A stretch of 54,400 nucleotides of DNA, taken from positions 62,001 to 116,400 of the forward strand of contig KZ538151.1 of assembly GCA_000934665.2 (NCBI GenBank). The letters are read 5' to 3'. Position 1 is the first letter of the stretch; every line of letters begins with the position of its first letter. The notes beneath the pieces are model-generated. The model made no database searches, was not told the origin of the DNA, and saw nothing but the letters and a program-made list of their open reading frames with translations. This document shows, piece by piece, positions 49,401-54,400 of this stretch. Position numbers and translations under genes: made by a program. This DNA comes from Catajapyx aquilonaris. Lineage: Eukaryota.

Positions 49401-51708
49401 ACGTATCACAACTTGTAATTACAAATCTGAATGGTGAAATAGAACTATTTAATACAGCTGTACTCCACCGGAGGGCTGTCATTTCGTGCTTTCAAATTTT
49501 ACAGGATATAGTGTCACAATTATGTTCCAGGAAGGTGGCAAGTAGAGCAGGAACTCCAGGGTATTTTTTTTCAGAGGAAGGTTGGGTAATATTTCATGCT
49601 AATTGCAGTCTACTTTAGGTAACTGTAAGCAGAACATGGCGATCATTTCTCCACCTGACATCCCTGCGAGGACTTCCAATCAGTCCAAGTCCACCCATTA
49701 GGTAGCTAATGAGGTAAAATGGATGGTTATGAAGAAGGGTTTTGCCACATTGCCCAGTATTGCAGTTAGTATTAGGCTGGATTTTCACAAAGCCTTCAAC
49801 AAATGCAAATGTTTATTCCTTATTGCATCCAAGTTTAAGAGAAAGGTAATGTCATCACTGATCTCTCGTAATTCAGGATTGCACTATACATCATTGTTGC
49901 ATTACTATCTTTTATTGCACTATATCTTGCATTACTGGTACAAAGTAAGCCTGCTTGATGACCAGGTCTCAATGGCTATTACTGGGTACAATTATTGGGC
50001 CTTGAAACATACCGTATAATTATTGCGATCATTAGAAAAGCTCGATACACCAATACTTGCCATATTGACTTGATTACGTAGAAAAATGTGGTGCTGCAAT
50101 CGGCGGATTGCGTAAATGACGAAATGCTAAGAAACAGCCGAACAGGTTTGATTAGGGGGTAATAGGAGGCTTAGGAGGAATATTCTGGAAAGGCCAAGCC
50201 TGGTTACTATTTGTGTTCAACTGTTATAGTAGGGCCCTCTCTGGTTGTTGTTGTTTGGGGGGGGGGGGNGGGGGGGGGGGGTTGCAGTTGCCAATCGGAA
50301 TAATTCTCATTTTAGGGCGAGGAAATTCCACGCAGGAGCTAATGCATCACTTGAAAGTATGTGAGCTAATATTAGATAAATGCTGCAGTGGAAGTCTGAA
50401 CAAATTAAATTGAAATTTGAATTCAATGTGCGAATGAACATTACTGATAATAGCACTGGGGGACATGGACAACACGGAGGAAAGCAGAAGCGTCGTTGCC
50501 GAATTTGGGAAAATTCCACTTCTTATTTATTTAATTACTGCAATTTTCCCAACAGCGATAAAAATGACTTTAAAAATACTACGGATGCTGAAAGATTTGA
50601 TTGACAATATTATAAAAATTCCCAAGGAAATTGGGATGTTTTAAATGACTTTTTAATGCAATAATGAGGCCTTGTGGGTCAGTTGCCCCCCCCCCCCCAC
50701 CGCAAGAACTCAGAGGTAGAGAAACAAACGAACAAACTTTGCCATTTGCGATAATAAAAGATTGATGTATTAATATTCATGTATAGAATTTCATCGGCCT
50801 TATTTCCTCAGCCTGCCGATGACTTCATTCCTATTGGCAATGCAACCTTGGAAAACGTAGAGACACTACCTGAGCGCAAATAGTTAGATTCGTTTGCATG
50901 GTCATGTGTGTTCACCCCCTCAACAACCTTTTCCTCTAGAGAGCTCATTATATGAAGTTATTTTATCACCTAGTCAATAATTATAGAAAGCATATTTCTC
51001 CCCATGTAGTGAAGTCAATATATATATCGCAAATATTGCGGTGTCGAGCTTCATCTAACGATTGCAACAGATCGCGCTTGAAAGGCCAAAGCATAGTTGA
51101 TAGACACGCCACTCAGTAAGTCGACACTGTTCCCAAATGCTCGTTCAGACACTCGAATTATCACGGGTAGCGATCACCTTTGCCAGGTTGGACCACACAT
51201 GCAGTCATGGTGACTTGCTGAGCGACTCTCTGTCTGACCTGGTGATTCATCCCCGACTGTCCAACTCTACACTTTATTATCCATTCGACAACTCGGGACA
51301 AATCTAGCTGTCAAGTGACTGCTGGTAGCAAACGACACCCTTCACGACATTTCCCAAAGGTATTGCACAAGACTCAATATGCATATAAATTCATTTCTGT
51401 CAATTATGCCATATGAAGTACTGTAGTTGCTTAAATGATTTCAATTCCAGATCCAAGGTGAAGTCGCAGGTTCCATATGATGAGGCGATAATGAGATCCA
51501 TGAATTAGTATGATCAATTTTGACAATAATGACAGAAGTCTGCATATCGTACTACTGAATGATTCATGGCAGCAAAATAGATATTAACATTTGCGACATC
51601 TCGATATGTTTACGTAAATTTTCCCCGTGCACGTAATACTGTGCATTTGCAGGTCGCATCAGAACAATAGTGTCGGGAAAAGATACATTATTTTGCTGTC
51701 ATTATAAA

Positions 51709-53652
51709 ATGTTCCTGATTTATATTGTCCTGTCGCTGACTCCTTTCGTACCATTCACTCATTGCCAAGTGCCAGTGACCGGAAATTACTCTGTGGACGA
51801 GTATGTGTCACGATTGGTGTGGAGTACTCTCAGTGATGGTGACCCAGTGAATCTGGATTGTCCCCTGGCCGTGACCCATGACCTCGGATGGGATTGGCCC
51901 AGACATTTGGAGATTCTCCTCTCCAACATGTCCCTGGCCGGAAGACCTGTCCTGCTGACCAGATCGACTGGTTCTGATCGGAATAGATGGGACTGCTCAT
52001 CAGGGGGACCTAACAGTGATCTCGAGGGTGATCTAGTTTCGTTCCAAGCAACTCGAGACTACAAGTGCTTGGTCAACCTGGTGATCACTTGCAGCCAGAA
52101 CTACGAGGAGGCCATGGATGAGTTGCTGGATCCGGAAGAAGGAGTGGTCCGGGTGAAGAGGAACAGGGACAGCTTCCTTCTCTGGATCAGGGACCAGCCA
52201 GATGAAGAATACCTTCTGCAGGAACCGGCTTCAAAAATCAAGTTCAAGGTTGGCATCACCCTTCGAGGGAATGGTGCAGCACCGGAATTGTCCACAGTCT
52301 GCTTTTACTGTGACGGGGGTGAAGCCACAGTCGATTCAGTTGCAGTTTCATTTAACCAGTCTCAAGACATCCTTGCATCACTTTTGCATAAAGACACTGC
52401 CAACAATTTTACTGGCAAGCACTTACATACTATTCTTTGGTTCCCATTCAGTTCTGAAGATTGTCACGCCCATACAGATTTATATGCACATTACATCTGC
52501 TTCGTGGGGCAGGCTCTTAATTTCAAGTGGGATGCAGAGTATGTGGACTATGCTGAAATTGCTAGAAATATAAGTAGAGCGCTACAAATCTTGGAGGAGG
52601 TAAGGAGAGGAAGGCTAGCTTTCATCCCCAGTCTTCCTCTGGTGGAAGTTGCTAACTCAATGTTTGATATGATTACACCTCACGTTAGAGAGAGACTCAC
52701 TTTCCTGGCAAGACATCCAAAGGTGATCAATACCCCTCTACTAATCCTTTTCCCTTACGAATCTGTCCCCTGGTGTTGTTTCCTCGCTTCCTTTCTCGTC
52801 TATGGACTGTTCCTGGTTTGCTTCTCCAGAAGACAAATCCTGCCCAACAGTGTCCCATCCACCTTTCACACTCTTGTCGGAAGTATCAAGTATTTGGCTC
52901 GGGTGACACTTTTGCAATATCCAGAATTACGTGTAAAAATTGGAATTTTGTCGTCCTTATTGATTGCCCTCCTCTTTTGGCAATATTTCATTATCATCTT
53001 CGAAACAGGTTACGTAGCAAAACTGTATTACTTTCTGGCTTATCCTCCCAGGGAAAATGTGCCTAAAACATTACCTGACCTTATAAAATCGGATTTTTTG
53101 ATAAATACGCAGGGTATCGTGTACGAGACACTCGTGTCTTCAGACAATGATCCGGAAGAACATTTTATTTCGGATCTTCTGGAAAAACTTCGAGTGGTGG
53201 AAGGTGAGCAATGTTACATGGCACCAATGACAGAAAACGTGGTCTGTCTCTCAAGTGAAACTTTCCTGATAGAATTAATGACGAAATATTTTCCTTCGAG
53301 TGACGGGACTCTCCCGGGGTTCATTTCAGACGATTCCGTTGCCATCTTCTATGTGTCAGTGGCCTTGGCCAAAGGGAGCGTTTACTCTTCCAATTTTGGT
53401 AATTATGTACATGTGTACAACAGCATCGGTCTCGCCCTGAAGACTAAAAGGTTCGATTCATTCAAAACGTTATGGCGATTTGCAAGAATGGCAGATGGTA
53501 AAACCGGAGTAAATGGGGATGAGGTAGTGGTGATTTCGATGCGGAAGCTGCAGGGAGCCTTTTGCCTGTTGCTGGGAGGAAATGCATCGGCCCTTGTCAT
53601 CTTCTTGAAGGAAGTCACGATGCATAAAATGTTACAACGTATCACACACTAA
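51709..53652 (+). CDS. Divergent ionotropic receptor (IR; variant iGluR-family chemoreceptor-like), single coding exon, 647 aa
   Basis: First ATG at 51709 followed by signal-peptide-like MFLIYIVLSLTPFVPFTHC; pre-M1 'LFPYESVPW' + M1; M2 'YLARVTLLQ'; M3 'IIFETGYVAKLYYFLAYP' aligns by eye with SYTANLAAFL; 'PKTLPDLI'; M4 'LQGAFCLLLGG...LVIFLKE'; no introns in the CDS. Confidence 0.85.
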   Translation: MFLIYIVLSLTPFVPFTHCQVPVTGNYSVDEYVSRLVWSTLSDGDPVNLDCPLAVTHDLGWDWPRHLEILLSNMSLAGRPVLLTRSTGSDRNRWDCSSGGPNSDLEGDLVSFQATRDYKCLVNLVITCSQNYEEAMDELLDPEEGVVRVKRNRDSFLLWIRDQPDEEYLLQEPASKIKFKVGITLRGNGAAPELSTVCFYCDGGEATVDSVAVSFNQSQDILASLLHKDTANNFTGKHLHTILWFPFSSEDCHAHTDLYAHYICFVGQALNFKWDAEYVDYAEIARNISRALQILEEVRRGRLAFIPSLPLVEVANSMFDMITPHVRERLTFLARHPKVINTPLLILFPYESVPWCCFLASFLVYGLFLVCFSRRQILPNSVPSTFHTLVGSIKYLARVTLLQYPELRVKIGILSSLLIALLFWQYFIIIFETGYVAKLYYFLAYPPRENVPKTLPDLIKSDFLINTQGIVYETLVSSDNDPEEHFISDLLEKLRVVEGEQCYMAPMTENVVCLSSETFLIELMTKYFPSSDGTLPGFISDDSVAIFYVSVALAKGSVYSSNFGNYVHVYNSIGLALKTKRFDSFKTLWRFARMADGKTGVNGDEVVVISMRKLQGAFCLLLGGNASALVIFLKEVTMHKMLQRITH

Positions 53653-54175
53653 CATCCATTTTTGACGGAGCAAATGGACACCAGTCAATATACCTATGAT
53701 GACGGATGTGGTAATGAAATTTAGATTTCACGAACCTCTTCTAAATGCAGCCACCAAACCTTTAATAAGTCAAATTAGACTAAATCAAATTATCTGCTAG
53801 TGTTAGTATATTTGGGTTGGTTCGTGTAATCAGTTGAATGTGATTAATAGAAATACTGTATAAAATGCTATCCAAGTGTAGCTGAAAGTGAGATTTGAAG
53901 TCAATATTTGAAGTTGTAACGGTTTGACCCTGTCCACCCTGTGATGGGTGGGACCCGACCTTTTCCCTCCCACCGGGGTGGTGTTGTAAACCCGGAGAAT
54001 GGCCAGTCTGTACTCAACTTGGGACCTGGAAGGTCCAATAAACCAATGCTCAAGGAACCCACTTAGTTTTCTTGGTATGAGCCAGCTAGGGGCGGACCCG
54101 GGGCCGTCACAAAGTGATAGGTTGGATAAATAGTCCAGGTGCTAAGGGACAAATTTGACCCAAACTTTGCATTTT

Positions 54176-54400
54176 GTGACAAAAGTATGAAACTCGGTAC
54201 ACTTGTCCTTTGGACACTTCTGATCATATCTGGACGTGGAGCCACGATGACCCACCCCGGTGGTGGTCCATTTCGCAGGGTTTCCATAACTACCAGATGC
54301 AGAATCCTTTTAGGACCTTGTATTGGGTGACAAAAACATGAAACTCGCCACAATTGGTCTTTGGACACTTCTGAACATGTCTGGATGTGGGGCCATGATG
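54176..54400. repeat. ~151-bp period repeat running off the window end (satellite or TE internal array)
   Basis: gtgacaaaa..atgaaactcg at 54176 and 54327, each followed by ttggacacttctga.ca..tctgga.gtgg.gcca.gatg. Confidence 0.75.

Noticed and set aside
51670..51708. GTG start given by the ORF track for the IR
   Set aside because: In a eukaryote the first ATG (51709), which is directly followed by a signal peptide, is more plausible

Overview
Eukaryotic (arthropod-type) genomic DNA, not prokaryotic. Most of the window is one + strand spliced teneurin gene of the Ten-m type. I traced 16 GT-AG coding exons from 18395 to the stop at 48108. They join in frame (8864 nt, about 2950 aa): cytoplasmic tail, transmembrane helix, a ~460-aa acidic S/T/P-rich stalk, Ig-like domain with an RNKR furin site, 8 EGF repeats, Cys-rich/TTR/Fn-plug region, NHL propeller, YD/RHS shell and Tox-GHH/TCAP end. 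I did not find the start codon, so 1-18394 is probably intron. Downstream lies an intronless, divergent ionotropic-receptor (IR, iGluR family) gene at 51709-53652. The introns hold several non-autonomous DNA-transposon-like elements, clustered at about 33.2-35.8 kb, plus tandem repeats. The most notable observations are a 27-nt microexon absent from the ORF track with a UGC-rich neural-type acceptor, an in-phase internal donor that could remove 417 aa of the stalk, a nested fold-back element able to form long dsRNA, and the orphan IR. I saw no convincing wholly new multi-gene system. All calls were made by eye and no searches were run.
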